Shown one piece after another: positions 50,769 to 64,000 of a stretch of 64,000 bases of DNA (the first letter of the stretch is position 1; each line of letters begins with the position of its first letter). The stretch lies in contig OZ193909.1 in NCBI GenBank assembly GCA_964276515.1, positions 992,001 to 1,056,000 on the forward strand, read 5' to 3'. The notes below the pieces were generated by a model. It saw only the letters and a list, made by a program, of their open reading frames with translations, was not told the DNA's origin and made no database searches. The translations under genes were made by a program, and so were the position numbers. Source of the DNA: Gordius albopunctatus. Lineage: Eukaryota.

Positions 50769-52130
50769 TTTTAATTAAATTGTAATAGTGAATTCTAGCT
50801 TCTTATGTGCATTAATTTAATTTATTAAATAAAAGTAAATTGTTGAAAGTGGGATATTTCTATGTAGTTTTGAAAGTAATTTTATGGTAGTACTATATTA
50901 AATTTTTTAGGTGTATTAACTATAGAAATAATTGATGATTCTTTTATTTTTACATGATAATTATTGATTTTTTATGAATATGTCAAAAAATAAAATAAAA
51001 ATTTGTGAAATTTTTGATGGGCCAGGCGCCGAATTCTTTTTAAAGGATTTGAACGGACTTGGACGGGCCTCACGTTTTGCTAAACGGGTACGGACGGGGT
51101 CGGACGTGCCTAAAAAATTACGGCGGGCTCGGACGGGCCTTGAAATTTTGAAAACGGGTACGGGCGACCTTCTAAAAATGGCCCGTTGCAGATCTGTAAT
51201 AGATATTGCAATTTAAAACATTACTGCAAATATAACGACTTTGTAAACAGTACAGTAACACCAACGACTTGTCGTCAGTTACATTATAACATGTCCACGA
51301 TTAACGATCAACTAAACTGTGACGTGTTCACAATCGTATCTACATCTCTCCATCAGCGCTATCACATTTTTAGTTGATTGATGAGAAGGCATGGGCGCAA
51401 CCAGGGGGGGGGAGGAGAAAGGGAGGGGAGCTCCCCCTTTTAAATCCAAAAAATTAGTGAAATTTATAAAAATTACGGCTAAAATTTGGAAAATGGTCAT
51501 TTTGCCCCCTTCTTAAATCATTATTGCCCCTCCCTCTCTAATTCCAATGCTGGCTATGCCCATGTGAGTTGGTATTTGGCCCACTCATTTAAGCGTCGAC
51601 GGCAATAGCTATTAGCTGATAAGGGGTTAATTTTTATGACTAATTTAATGTAAAACGTTAAATCTTGTTATTTTAATAAAAATTCAGGGCCGCCACTTCA
51701 ACCATTTGGGCATATGTTTTCGGTGATATTGGGATTCATGAAAATATAATTTTATATGCCTTAGGAGTGCACTTCGGCATTAATGCTCTAAGTCCACCTA
51801 TTTCACTATCCCAAATGAGTTTACTCATCCATCAGTTAGTTATGCTCGTTTTTCGTGGTGCCCATTTAAAATAATAAAAGTTTCCTATAATTATCAATTA
51901 AAATAGGAATGCCATTTTTTATAATAGGGTAGTTTTATGATAACTTAAATGCTCAACCCCTCTGACAATACTAAAGGCCATTTATAAGGAGAATATTTAT
52001 TATTTATTTTAGAAGCCAATGTCAAATTGAAGTACACTATTTTTATTTGTCTTAGTAATTCATATTTCCTATTCAGGATTGAAGAGTTAGAAAAACCCAC
52101 TAATCCCTACATTTATTGATTGCGGAGGTC

Positions 52131-52940
52131 AGATTTATTAGAAATTTCCTACCCGAACCCGACCCGGTTCGATTATATAACCAAGGTGCCCGCCCATGTT
52201 CGCCCAAATCTTTCTAAGTGTCTGCTTGACCATGCCCAAATTAAGAGAGCACCCCAAACTGCCCAGCATAAAATGTTTCTGTTATTTTTGATAACTAGTA
52301 TTGACAAATATTATACAATCAAATAAAAAAGGGACAAAATAATACGCTAAAACAAAATAATAAATTATTTGTAAATATCATTGAGCCTTATTGACCGAAT
52401 CTTTTAGAGCCCGGCGGACACGTTCGAGCAGCGGGCCGGACTTATCTGGTCTCTATTAAGGAACCTCAAAGAAAGCCATCTATTGAGATTAGAGGTCAGA
52501 TTTGTTAGAATTTTTCTGCCCGAACCTGGCCCGGTGCGATTTTTTAATTGATCTGCCCGCCGGAGCCCGCCCGAACCCTTCTATGCGACCGCCCGGCTAT
52601 GTCCGAAATAATAATTCTGCCCGAACTGCCCGGCCCGAAATGGTGTGTATAAAATTTTATTGTTATATTAAAAAAAAATTTTATCTTAATTTTTGATATT
52701 TTTTGGATAAAAATTAGGATTAACAAACATTATTAAATCAAATTGAAAAGTGACAAATTATACACCAAAACAATATAATACATTATTTTAAAAACAACAT
52801 TGAGCCAAAATTGCCCGAATCTTGTTATGGTGCCCGCCCGGGGCCGCCTGAAAGTCAAAATTTACGACAGTTGCCTGGCCCGGCCTGTGGGCCGGCCCGG
52901 TAGGTTCGGGCACCGGGCCGTGCCAGGCATTTCTGGTCTC
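52131..52940. mobile_element. Two tandem diverged copies of a CCCG-rich MITE
   Basis: GGTCAGATTT.TTAGAA..CCCGAACC starts near 52127 and 52493; both end CTGGTCTCT. Confidence 0.5.
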
Positions 52941-53265
52941 TGATTTGGATAATAATATAATAGGTGTTTTAAAAATATTAAAATAAATGAGAATTTAGGT
53001 AGCTAGGAATATTATAAAAACACAAAATACAATTCTTACTCTTGATAACATTTTCTTATTAAAATTTATGTTGCGTAGGCAAACAATATTTCATCAATCT
53101 AATTTACTAGCTACCGCTCCTCCCCGTATCATATAATAATTTATGGACAAACACTTTAAGAATGCTTTGGAGAAACAGACAGGCGCTAGCATTATATCAA
53201 CAATGCATCATTACTTTTTTAAATATTTTGTCGCAAAGATAAATGTCAGGAACAATTATATAATC

Positions 53266-53343
53266 AGTGTTGCTTTAGAGATAGATAAGATATAAAGACA
53301 GTCGAGTGTTGCTTTAGAGATAGATAAGATATAAAGACAGTCG
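53266..53343. repeat. Exact about 39-bp tandem duplication
   Basis: AGTGTTGCTTTAGAGATAGATAAGATATAAAGACAGTCG twice. Confidence 0.85.
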
Positions 53344-54920
53344 TAAATTTTAGAATCTATTTCTTGTATTCTAAATTAAATTCTAAAACTTCCTCGCGTA
53401 AGTTGTCTAAATATGATTAATTTTTTATAAGCTTTATATGATATAATTTGTTGCATATGATTCAATTTTTATAATTGAGCAAGATTCTTTACTACTCAGT
53501 CTCTGATTTGCGTTAGCTTGGGTTGGGGTTAAAAAGTGAGATTAAAACTAAGGTCAGATGCTAAGGTTTAAGTTCCCAGCCTTCAATACTATTTCCATTT
53601 CGTTACATTAATTGTGCCACTTTTTATAAAACATGTTTTTTATCCATTAAAAAATATCCTTAAAATGGCTAATTTATTAAAAATATATGTGGGAAGGTAA
53701 AACAATTTTGGTATAAAATGATAAAACAATAGCCTTTGAGTACACATAATGTCTCGGCCAAGGCCAGGAATACATTAAACAAAGTATTTGACTGATAATC
53801 GATTGCACATAACTAGAATTGTTAACGGAATTAGTTCCTTTTTTTTAATAAAGGAACTAATAACTTCCTTTTTAAAATGAGGAACTGGAACTGGAATTAG
53901 TTCCCTTTTTTCTCAATTTATCGCAAAAGGAACTACTTACAAGTTCCTTTTAAGTTCCTTTTCCCAATTTCAATTTGCATTAAAATTTTTAAATTAATTT
54001 ATAATTTAAATATTATTTAGTATTTTATTAACGGTAGTGTTTGTTAAAGAAATTTTTCGATTTATGGTAATTTATATAAAGTTCGTTTCCTTTAATTGGT
54101 TTTTAACTTATATCTTACATTGAGTTTATTAAAATAGTATAAAACTTTCAATATAATCGTACAATCTAAAAAATCTATATATAAGCCCCTCGTCAAAGGC
54201 CTTTTGAACCCTACTCTACTTGATGCAATTGTAAACCAAACCAAATCAAATTTATAATTTTTTTGAATTAATCTTTTAAAATATAATAAATTAATAAGCA
54301 ACTATGACCTCCTTACTACCCAGACCTATATTTGCTCTGACCAATATTTTACAGTCGCTATCTGACCATTAAATAAAATTTTCAACCCGAACCCAACCCA
54401 TCTCAAATTTTTTAATCTCAAACCTGACCAGCGCAAGACCCCTACTGCACCCTATATATATATACAAACTTTTATTTTTGATGCAGGGCATGAACCGAAT
54501 AAATATTGCCATACAAATACTATGCTGCGCTAGTTTCTTACAATATATCAAAGCCGCTGAGTACAGAGGAGTTTCCCTTGATACTGGTAAACTCTTATAC
54601 AAACCAAATATTATGTTTTATATGACATTTGTCAAGCCCCAAAATTGAACTTTTCCAATTGTCAAACATTTTTGTCTTTGTGTCACCAAGTTCGACTAGA
54701 TAGGTTTTTTGTAGTGTGTTAAGTCAAATTACTACCAATAGTATTCTAGTGTTACTGTATTCATAGTCATTAAACCTAGCCAGAATTATATTTAGAGTTT
54801 CAAGATGGGTAGAAAGAAGCTTTACTATACACTCTCTAATAAATAATAATTTTTTGATTTAAAGCCAGCTTATATATTTAAAATATTTGCTATAGTTTTA
54901 AACCAATCGAATCCTGTTAG

Positions 54921-55194
54921 GTGGTTGCGAATATAAGCAAAACGAGAATTTCACAAAAATTGTTGGAGTCGGGGAATTTAAGGGAACACCTAATGCCTGT
55001 GAAGGCTGCTTTTGTTCAAGCAAAGTACTTGACAGCGGATCTACAGAATACATCTTCGTATGCCAAACGTAATTAATTAATGGATATTTATGTTCTATAA
55101 AAATTTTAGGTGCGTATCAGTTCAGAATACTAAAAATTGTAAAGTCGTAGGGGATAATACGAAACCATATCCACATTGCTGCCCCAAGTGTTAG
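54921..55194 (+). CDS. SVWC/VWC-like Cys-rich protein, copy 2 (signal exon apparently deleted; possible pseudogene)
   Basis: Exons 54921-55068 and 55110-55194 read GCEYKQNENFTKIVGVGEFKGTPNACEGCFCSSKVLDSGSTEYIFVCQTCVSVQNTKNCKVVGDNTKPYPHCCPKC*. Confidence 0.62.
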
Positions 55195-56097
55195 ATCGAC
55201 CACTAACATTTAAACGAGATCAACGTCAAATCTAATGTTAAATCTATGTTTGCCAATAATTGCAACATTGTGATATAATGATTTATTAAATTTACAAATT
55301 ATAATATGCAACTTGAATTATTGTGTTTACATAATGTTAGACTTAAAACTATGTTTGCCAAAAATTGCGGCATCTTTAGTAAAATGCGTTATTAAATAAA
55401 TATAATATGTGACTTGATTTATTATGTTGATCCTACATAATGTTAACTATCCAATAAAAGTTAACGATTTTCGTACCAGCTACCCCTAATAATTTTTATT
55501 ACAGTAATGAGCCTTTGGATTCCAGAAACTGCACAGTTTCAAAAATTCCAAGCGAAACATTTAATAGCCTTTGTGGAACATTTTGTATTCGGTTTGACAC
55601 TAGCAGTCAGAGACGTCTAAAGTAATTGACACTCGCTAGTCCATCACCAAATTTTCTTCCTTAATCAAAATGATTTTAAAGTAAAGCATAGAAAAAGTTC
55701 TGTAGGTTATGTTTTAACGAGTTTATACAAAACTGAATACCTTAGAGCACTCTAATATTATGTACACGTTTTGTGTAAACTCTAAAATCAAGATTTGCTA
55801 AAATTATAAAATTAAGCATTAAGAGTAAGCTTTAATCTATTATAATTAACGAACCAGCTTATTTGTAGCTCTTTTTATTATATCGAACTCAAAGATTGAT
55901 TGCTTATAACCATCTCCTATGAAATCTTTCTAACCGACTCAAAATATTGTTATTATACAATTTTAGTTAGCACTTGTGGGAAAGCTCTTATTTATTGCAA
56001 GTAGCCTTACATGAAAAGCCTATGATAGAAGTTAATGTACAAAAATATTATTATTTTCAATATTTTTGTACATTATAAAATTTGCTATATAAAACAA

Positions 56098-56283
56098 TAG
56101 CTGTTTGTCACACTAAGGTGGTAAGCTTCTTTAGATATTTGAATGATGGGTGATGCTCGGCTATCCAGGCCTGACAGCTGTGGTGATGATGTGATTTTTA
56201 ATCTTTTTTGAAATAAGTACCAGAGGCGGGATTGAACCTACGATCTCTTGCTTCAAGGACTAAACCTATATCCTCTACGCCCC
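56098..56283 (-). mobile_element. tRNA-derived SINE, copy 2
   Basis: Reverse complement of 33754-33950; 18-bp TSD ATTTGCTATATAAAACAA (56080-56097, 56284-56301). Confidence 0.82.
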
Positions 56284-56622
56284 ATTTGCTATATAAAACA
56301 AATTATATTTTCCCATAGACCTATGACAATCAAGGTATCTCCAAAGCGGTAACACTCATTATATTGTATTTATTAAACAGACGTTAAATAATTTTATTAA
56401 ATTATCATATCAAGAACAAATACTTTTCGCCTCCTTTTCTCCTGTGAATATCGTCCTGTATAAATAAATATCATAATTTTCAAATTTTGGCTTTTTTGAA
56501 AAACCGCAATTAAACTGCCGATAAGGTTTAAACACAACACTTTTTGTTTTGTTAACTTGAACGTCTCTAATCTTTTCTATCTATTTTGTAATATTCACAA
56601 ATAAAAGGTTAAAAATTCTTAT

Positions 56623-56752
56623 TGTTATATATTGTAATATTATATTTTAATATTGTATTTTAATATTATTTGATAATTTCGGTTCGTATTTTATAGATAC
56701 CCTTTGTTTTGAATAATCCAATAAATTTATGTTATAAGTTCCAGTTGTAATA
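56623..56752 (+). mobile_element. Solo LTR of the Gypsy family seen at 1-832
   Basis: Matches 652-832 with an internal deletion; flanked by CTTAT direct repeat. Confidence 0.8.
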
Positions 56753-57607
56753 CTTATGTTTTATAATATCGCTTGTGTAGATTGTAGTTTGGCTTGTATT
56801 AACAAGAAGCACATAATTATTTATTGGCAATACCATGTAAGCATAGTTATAGTTAACAAGTGATTAGGCTGAATTGATGAAATATATGAGAAAAGGGGTC
56901 CCTACGTCCATAAATCGTGGATTCTTTCCCCTATCTTATTTTATTCATCCCTAGAACTTGTCAACAAATAAGGAGTTGTCATCAGTGATTTGACACACAC
57001 TGTTCATCAAGATACAAAATGCTCTGAATTTCATATTATGTATTCCATAACTTATTATAAAAATATGGATTACAATTGTCTAATAAAATTTTGAATTAAT
57101 GAAGATAATTTTTGACATTTATCTATATTTGTAAATTAAACACTCGGAGAATGGAAAATGTCATTTTAGTTGAAATGATTTTAAACAATTATCACTTTGG
57201 AATTCCATAATTGTTATCTAAAAAAGCATGCGGATTATCTGTATTTCGTCGAATGTTCTTAATTCTTTAAAAAAATTTATGATTGTCTAATAAATGTTTA
57301 AGAATAGGACTTATGTTGACACATTATCAACACTGGTAACCTGAAAATTTGGGGGAGCGCCTTTTTTTTAACCCTCCCCGAGAGCACTCCCTTTAATATT
57401 AGCGGCATGGCTGTCTTATTTAAAAATAATGCAACTCAGATTTTTTGTGCACTACTCTCTCAAGCCATCATCAAATACGACACTGGCAAAGAAACGATAG
57501 AAATGCAACAAACCTACCTGTCTGCTAATAGGATGACAACCTAGACGCTTTATTACACTCCCACCATCAACCTTTCAACGTCTGCCGTCGATTAAAATTG
57601 TCCACTG

Positions 57608-57713
57608 CATGGGCGTAGCCGGGGGGGGGATTGATCATTTGCCCCCCCCCCCCTTTAATTGAACTTTTGAAAGTTCCCCCCCCCCCCTAATATAAAACCT
57701 GGCTACGCCCATG
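57608..57713. mobile_element. 106-bp hAT-type MITE, family B (TIR CATGGGCGTAGCC)
   Basis: Perfect TIR and 8-bp TSD GTCCACTG; relatives at about 20630, 21043, 22345, 37050, 51389 and 60890-61117 (TSD CCAAATTC). Confidence 0.85.
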
Positions 57714-59606
57714 GTCCACTGCCTCTGGCCATATTCACATCAACAATTCAATACAACATCAACCATGTTATGAGCTAAGCAATTTCAGCTAGACAATGCA
57801 TGACACAAATTAAACCACATTTAATGGGACGGTTGCCAAAACAATAATACAGGCTATTATCTTATATAACCACCGCTATCCGGTCTAACTGATGACCGAT
57901 CCGATTCCAATATAAATGCATTTGCCCGCGGCATGTATTCTACTAATATTTTGGATGGAAAAACAACTTTACGCACTCAGATATTACTCACACCTCAGCC
58001 ACCACACTAAAAATCTATGCAGCATATGAACATCAAGCTTACATATTTAAATCAACTTCTCTACATCCAATTTGTGTTAAACAATGGTAATGATGGATTG
58101 ATAAAATGAGAGGGTGGAAATTGGTTTAGATATTTCGGCCGTCCAGCAACCATTGTCGATAATTTAAAAAAAAGAGAGGTGAAGAGGTAAATTGAGTAAT
58201 AACTTACTAAAATCAAAATATAATTTTTTACTTCTACCAAAAGCAAATTTAATATAATTATGTAATACCAATCCTTTGAATAATATCGAATTTGTGTTAA
58301 ACAATGGTAATGATGAATTTGAGGTTATGTGTATGATAAAAAAAGCTCTATCTTTTGTCTTACAAAGTTATCTACAATTCTTATCATATTATGTAATATT
58401 GAGAGCAAAAGTTTCCCCAAATCGCAATGTTTTGAACCCTACCCGATCACACATTTTTGAATTTGTCTAGCCAGACCGAATAAGAAATACGGTGTGCCTA
58501 GTCACTCTCCACATGAGGTAAAAATTAATATTATGAAATACACTCAATTTATATGACCTACTAGATAATCTATTTATTTTTATGCTACACTTGTATTGTG
58601 TTAATTAAAAAATATTTGTTTATCTATTATGAAAAAGTTTGTCCATTGAAAAACTAGTTAGATTTATTATATTTAACCTTATATTATTATTACCCATTTG
58701 TAAGAATTGAATTAATTGGGGTATATATATATTTAAAATCATTCAATATTTATCTTGACATTAATCTAAACTAACATTATAAAATCTTTATACGTTTAAA
58801 ATGTTATATTTAATACATTCTTAATCCATTATTTATGTTCATTGTTCTAATATATTTAGGATAGTCATATCTATAACTTTGTGATTCATTATCTATTAAT
58901 TTTTGTTCAAAGAAATCTAATATTGTTTGTTTATTAATTCATTATTAACACTATTTAATAACAAAAAAATCCTAGATTTAATTTATAGTAATAAATTAAG
59001 TTCTGCATTAATATATTGTTTTTAAATTAAAGGCTTTGTCAATATAGCATGCATCAAATATTAAAAACAAAATCATATTATTTTTGCAAAACTTAGAAAT
59101 GGCAAATTTTTATTAAATAAATACAAATTCATTTTAATTTTTATCAGTTGATTCTTCAAACTTTATAAGGAGTTGCAATCTGAAACATTTAGAGCTCTTT
59201 AAATTTTTATTTTGACCTCATATGTACATTTTGTAGTTATGTTAACAAACATGAATCTTAAGTTATTTTTTTTTGTGTATACTATTTTCTCTACCTCATA
59301 ATTTGAAGGCAATATCACATTATTTAAAAAAATGTCTTAAATAGTTATAAGGAAAAATTAATGAGGATGTAATTTTTTGTAATTTGTTAGAACAAATTAA
59401 GAGCCTAATAATAAATTTCAACTCGGCTTAGTTTTAACACGTTTTTTACAGTATCAAATCATTTTTATATTAAACAAATTGTAAAAATGTCACACGCCAT
59501 CACCCCTTTTTAATTTTGGCTTGGTCTATCTTGGGTTTTACTATGACTAACGGTCACTTCTGGTCTGGTTTTCAAATTTCGACTAATCCTAGAAGAGATC
59601 GACTAA

Positions 59607-60570
59607 GGGGGCGTTTGTGATGACGCGCGAAGCGAAAAAAAGCGTGAATTTTTCTGCTAATTTATCAAGCTTTCCATTATTTTTCTTAATATCTTTATTT
59701 TCATCGTTAAATTTGTATTCTATAAACATATATAATTATATAAAAAATACATACCAAATTCAATTTTTTAACCATCCCACGAAAAGTTCAAAATGATTTG
59801 TATCCATAGATTATCTATGGTTATAAAACCATAGACTGGCAAACAGCTGAATTTTATTATATTAAAAAATCATTCAAACACCAAAATAGCTGCCATCTTG
59901 TAGGAAAAACTCAACAACAGATATATTTATACTTCTCCACGATAGAATATTGAAGAAAATAAATAAGACAAATAACTTGATATTTATAAATTAAAAAAAG
60001 TAAGTAAATTAGAACAATCAGTTATGCTGAATTCTATCGTTTGGTCGCAATCTTATTTTCGTTCGCTTTTTGCCACGGGCGAAAATAATCGTCTGCGGTT
60101 TCACTATGAACGCCTCCCGTTTACAATTCTTATTTTCGTGGTATATATACGATAAATTTCACGATTAATATAAAGAAGATAGTAGAAAAGCGTATTTTCT
60201 CAAGTGATCTAATGCTCAAGTAATCTAAAATTTGCAAAGAATGCTTATAACTAATTAATTTTATATTTAATCGTGTTAAAAACGCTTTAAAAGGTTTCAA
60301 AAATATATATTAAGCATATAATATATGAAGATTAGCTTTTTTATTGCTGCATATATATTTTCTTTCATAGGTTAGATTAAATGCTTTATAATAAGTTAAT
60401 ATGCATTTACAATACTTTATAGGGTTAGAGATATACTTATCTAATAATGTTTAAATTACAATTTTTGTGCATTAGATTACTTGAGCATTAGACCGGTTGA
60501 GTATAAATCTAGAAAAGTCCTAAAATACACTTCGCCTTTCTTCGCTTCGCGCGTCATCACGAACGCCCCC
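59607..60570. mobile_element. PIF/Harbinger-like MITE nested in a family-A MITE
   Basis: About 35-bp imperfect TIR GGGGGCGTT.GTGATGACGCGCGAAGCGAA; TAA-like flanks. Confidence 0.6.
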
Positions 60571-61738
60571 GTAAGTATAAAAGAGCTAAAACCTTTTGGT
60601 ATATTGTATCTTTTATTCGACCAAAACCAAAGGGCGATCAAACGGGACCCAGCCGTTTTTACAACACGGTTTTGTACTAATATTCAGAAATATGTAATCG
60701 CTATTATGGGCTCTCGTTTTGCTTGTCCGTCCATCCTGTCCAAATACTCATTTTTTACGGGTTTTTAATGGCTGTGGTGGACTTTGTTTCTATAAAAGAC
60801 TATTAATTATTTTGTTTTCGCTAGGAGAATGACTAATGACCGCCCGCTGATTGTCTCCACTTTTTTCCATCTCGCCCGACCCCAAATTCCAGGGGCGTAC
60901 CCAGGATGGGGGTTTAAATAAAAATCATATTAATTTTACAATTTATTTAAATACAAACACAGTCACAAAAAATATTTATTATAAACGTCATATCATATAA
61001 TTTGATGAAATAGTACCGGTAAAAAATTATCTGCAATATTTATTATATAATGCGATATTAGAAAATAAAAAATATTTTTTAGAAATCCGCGAGGGGGGGG
61101 CCTTGCGTACGCAACTGCCAAATTCCATGATTATTTTTGTGCCCGACAGATTACCTCGCTAATATATCCTTTAAGCAACTTATCTACGTTGTTGTTTCAT
61201 ATCGAAAAATCATTGCGGAACGTGTAAATTTTGTCAAATTTGTATATTTTAGATCACCACGCCTCGAAATTTTTAAAGATGCAATGTGATATGTCTTGGA
61301 GTCGGGTAGAATAAACGAAGGGGCAAATTATAAAAATTTAAAAAAAGACTTATTTACTTCGTTTTAAGGGAAGAGGGGTTGTTACATTATATTTTATTTT
61401 TTAATACTTAACATTATAATAACTCTTTCAACGAAAGCATTCTTTTCACCTCAAATATTAAAAGAAAAAATTACCAAATGAAAGGTGAACTTTGTTAGAT
61501 AAAGAAAACATATAAATAATTTTAATTTAATTTAAAAATAAGTAAATAAAAATTAATAAGGACGCTTTGCCAATTTTCTATCGTAAGAATTAAATGTCTT
61601 AAGCAAAACGATGGCCAAAAAAACAGGTTAATATTTGTTTGAAACGTGCGCCTTTTAGTTCGAATCATCGTTTGGTTTGGAAGGAATACTTTTGTGGCTA
61701 AAGATAAAAAAGAAGTTGACTAAATTATTTATATATTT

Positions 61739-62547
61739 CTAGATGAACCCGACAAACGTTGTTTTGGCATTTACCCGGGTGTATTAGCAGAATATATATA
61801 TCATCTTATAGATAAATTTCAATAGATCAAGAATATATCAAATATAATTGGTAAGTGTTTATTATGCAAAATTTTTTAAACAAATAGTTAAAGAGGGTCC
61901 AAGGCCCAGGCTCACCCAAGAAAGAAAACCTGGCCCCATGCCCCCCCCCCAAGGGAAAATCTTTGGCCCCCTGGCCCTTCAAGCAATTTTTTTAATTTTT
62001 TTGTAATTAAGAAACAATATAATAATTATTTGTTTCTGAATAAAACTTTTAATTCTGAACTTAATAATGTCCGAAGAACTGAGATATATCAACATTTATT
62101 GGCACTTTGTTAAAAGTATTTTCATTTTTCTCCTTATTTAACGCGCAAAAAATGAGAAAATTAGATTTTTTAATTTATTTAGCCACGCAGGAGGGGACAC
62201 GACCTATAATAATAATAATTGACGTGAAAAATAAGCAAAAAAATGACTTTGATGATATTTAATGTTTCAAAGCGCGTAAAAAGTTTCCATTTAATTTATC
62301 ACACTACCTACACTACACGATAGATACGCAGTACGTCACGAGGTTGCGTTTGATTGACGTTTCATTAAACGTCAAAACATATAAAACGAACTAACTCAAA
62401 AACTACTGGGCCGATTTGGCTCAAACATATATTAAAACATGGCCCGGAGTGTGGGGAATAAACTGTGAAATTTTGAGCCAAATCGGTCTGTTAGTTCTCC
62501 AAAATTGGTGGCGGCATACATACATAGTTTCATTTTTATATATAAGA
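61739..62547 (-). mobile_element. Non-autonomous Helitron (copy of 48844-49658)
   Basis: Same termini and body. Confidence 0.8.
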
Positions 62548-62553
62548 TTGTTA

Positions 62554-62864
62554 CAGTCAAAACCGTTTAATTGCAAATCCTTGGGCCTGACAAAAAATTC
62601 GCGATTAACCGATATTTCGCGAATAAACGATGGAAATAAAAGTCTTATATGTACATTATATTAAATATTCATTTCTTACGCTTTGCAATAAAACGATATT
62701 TTATATAATTAGGACGTAAAAATGTTTGTGAATATCCGATATTGTACTATTAAGCGATTTGTCAATAAACGATGTTTTTATTAATACTATCGTTAAAAAA
62801 AACAAAATTTCGCGATTAAAAGATTTTTGCTATAATCCGATTTGCGATTAAGAAGTTTCGACTG
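62554..62864. mobile_element. pogo/Tc1-type MITE
   Basis: TA|CAGTCAAAAC...GTTTCGACTG|TA. Confidence 0.65.
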
Positions 62865-64000
62865 TATTATGCTTTTCTATCGTATTAGGAACACTCTAAT
62901 ATTTTTGATTAAATGAATTTTAAAATTTTAAATAAACATGTTAAAATATAATTAATTAACTTGATTACTAAATTTGGCTTATATTAGCCTCTACTTCCTC
63001 TATTAGAACTTTTTTAAGGTAATAATTAAGAATTAAATTTCTTTTCATCCCAAAACACCCACTCTGGCTCGAAATTTTTATATAATTAGTTTTACAATTA
63101 GTATCTTTTTATTCAGAACTAAATTTCAAATTTTAATTTCTACACCAACAAAAGTCCTAATGTCATTGAGTTTTTACATAAAATTCCGATTTTTTTTATT
63201 TTGTCTCAATGAGGGGTCGCGAAATTTGTTATTAGAAAGATATTTTTCTCATCAAACTATTGTGAACGGGCAAACACAAAATTAACTACAGCTTTATTAT
63301 GGGGTTCGGTAGAGAGAGAAGTTAAACATAAGGAAAGGAGAATTTTATACATAGTTTAGCAAATCAAAATGTGAGAACGTGGACGGGCAGGATGATGCTG
63401 TTTTTATTAAATTTAAAATTTTAGGAAATAGGAGGAGGAAAAATATTTACAAACTATAATCACCTATTTCACGTAAAAGTTGTTTTAGGATTTAACCTTA
63501 AAAGGTCACTTATCCATGAAAAATATAAATAAATATTTTTTTGGAATTCAAACTCCAACTGGATGACAAGTTTAGGTATCGTTCATGGACGTATTTAGCC
63601 ATAACTACATTAAAATTTTACGATTTTTTGGATTTAGAAGATATAATTCCTATTTGATTTGATTTGAAGTCGTCTCTCCTCATATAGTAAATAAATATGA
63701 CGCTCGTTAATTTATCTATTTGGACACGCGTGCAAATGTTATCCTGTTTCCTGTATATAATATATATATATATATATATCTTTATTGGCGGTGATATGGG
63801 CAAAGCACATATAAATCTAGTGAGATTTATTAATTATAATCATATCATCCTATTCTACAATCCAAATATTCCTTTTAATATAGGTATAAAATGCCAAATA
63901 TAATATTTATTCATTTTACCTTTTTACCATGATTTGGGAAAGGATGGGCTATGATTTGAATGTTATTTAACTTTTTTTAATAATTATCTTCATTACATAT

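Larger units (their letters stand above)
45722..51198 (-). mobile_element. Second copy of the TAGAGATCTGCA hAT MITE, split by the Helitron block
   Basis: 45722-45849 and 50769-51198 are the reverse complement of contiguous sequence of the 30069 element; ends GCAGATCTGTA. Confidence 0.75.

Noticed and set aside
57430..58050. Possible decayed retroelement coding fragment
   Set aside because: Composition is suggestive but no diagnostic motif could be read
51186..63903. Short 60-95 aa ORFs across the last 13 kb
   Set aside because: Low-complexity AT-rich or MITE/Helitron-derived frames with no recognisable domains

Overview
AT-rich, transposon-dense DNA from an invertebrate animal (spliceosomal GT-AG introns, many only 34-45 nt); no prokaryotic features. 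The main host gene is an intact-looking 16-exon heparan-sulfate N-deacetylase/N-sulfotransferase (NDST/sulfateless-like, about 1003 aa, + strand, 19995-44777) with unusual substitutions around the deacetylase site. Two paralogous small Cys-rich VWC/SVWC-like genes absent from the ORF track (about 1161-1662 and 54921-55194) differ mostly at non-synonymous sites. They mark a colinear segmental duplication (about 0.9-18 kb vs 54.6-64 kb). The rest is mobile DNA: Gypsy and BEL/Pao LTR elements, a TRIM-like LTR element, CRE and RTE LINEs (one with a twister-like motif, one with a pseudoknotted 5' leader), a tRNA-derived SINE, a Helitron cluster and many hAT/Tc1/Harbinger-type MITEs. It also holds an apparently intact hAT transposon whose transposase has five 34-42 nt introns, and a perfect 2.5-kb (GTAT)n array. 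Exon models were spliced and frame-checked by eye; family assignments come from recognised motifs, not database searches.
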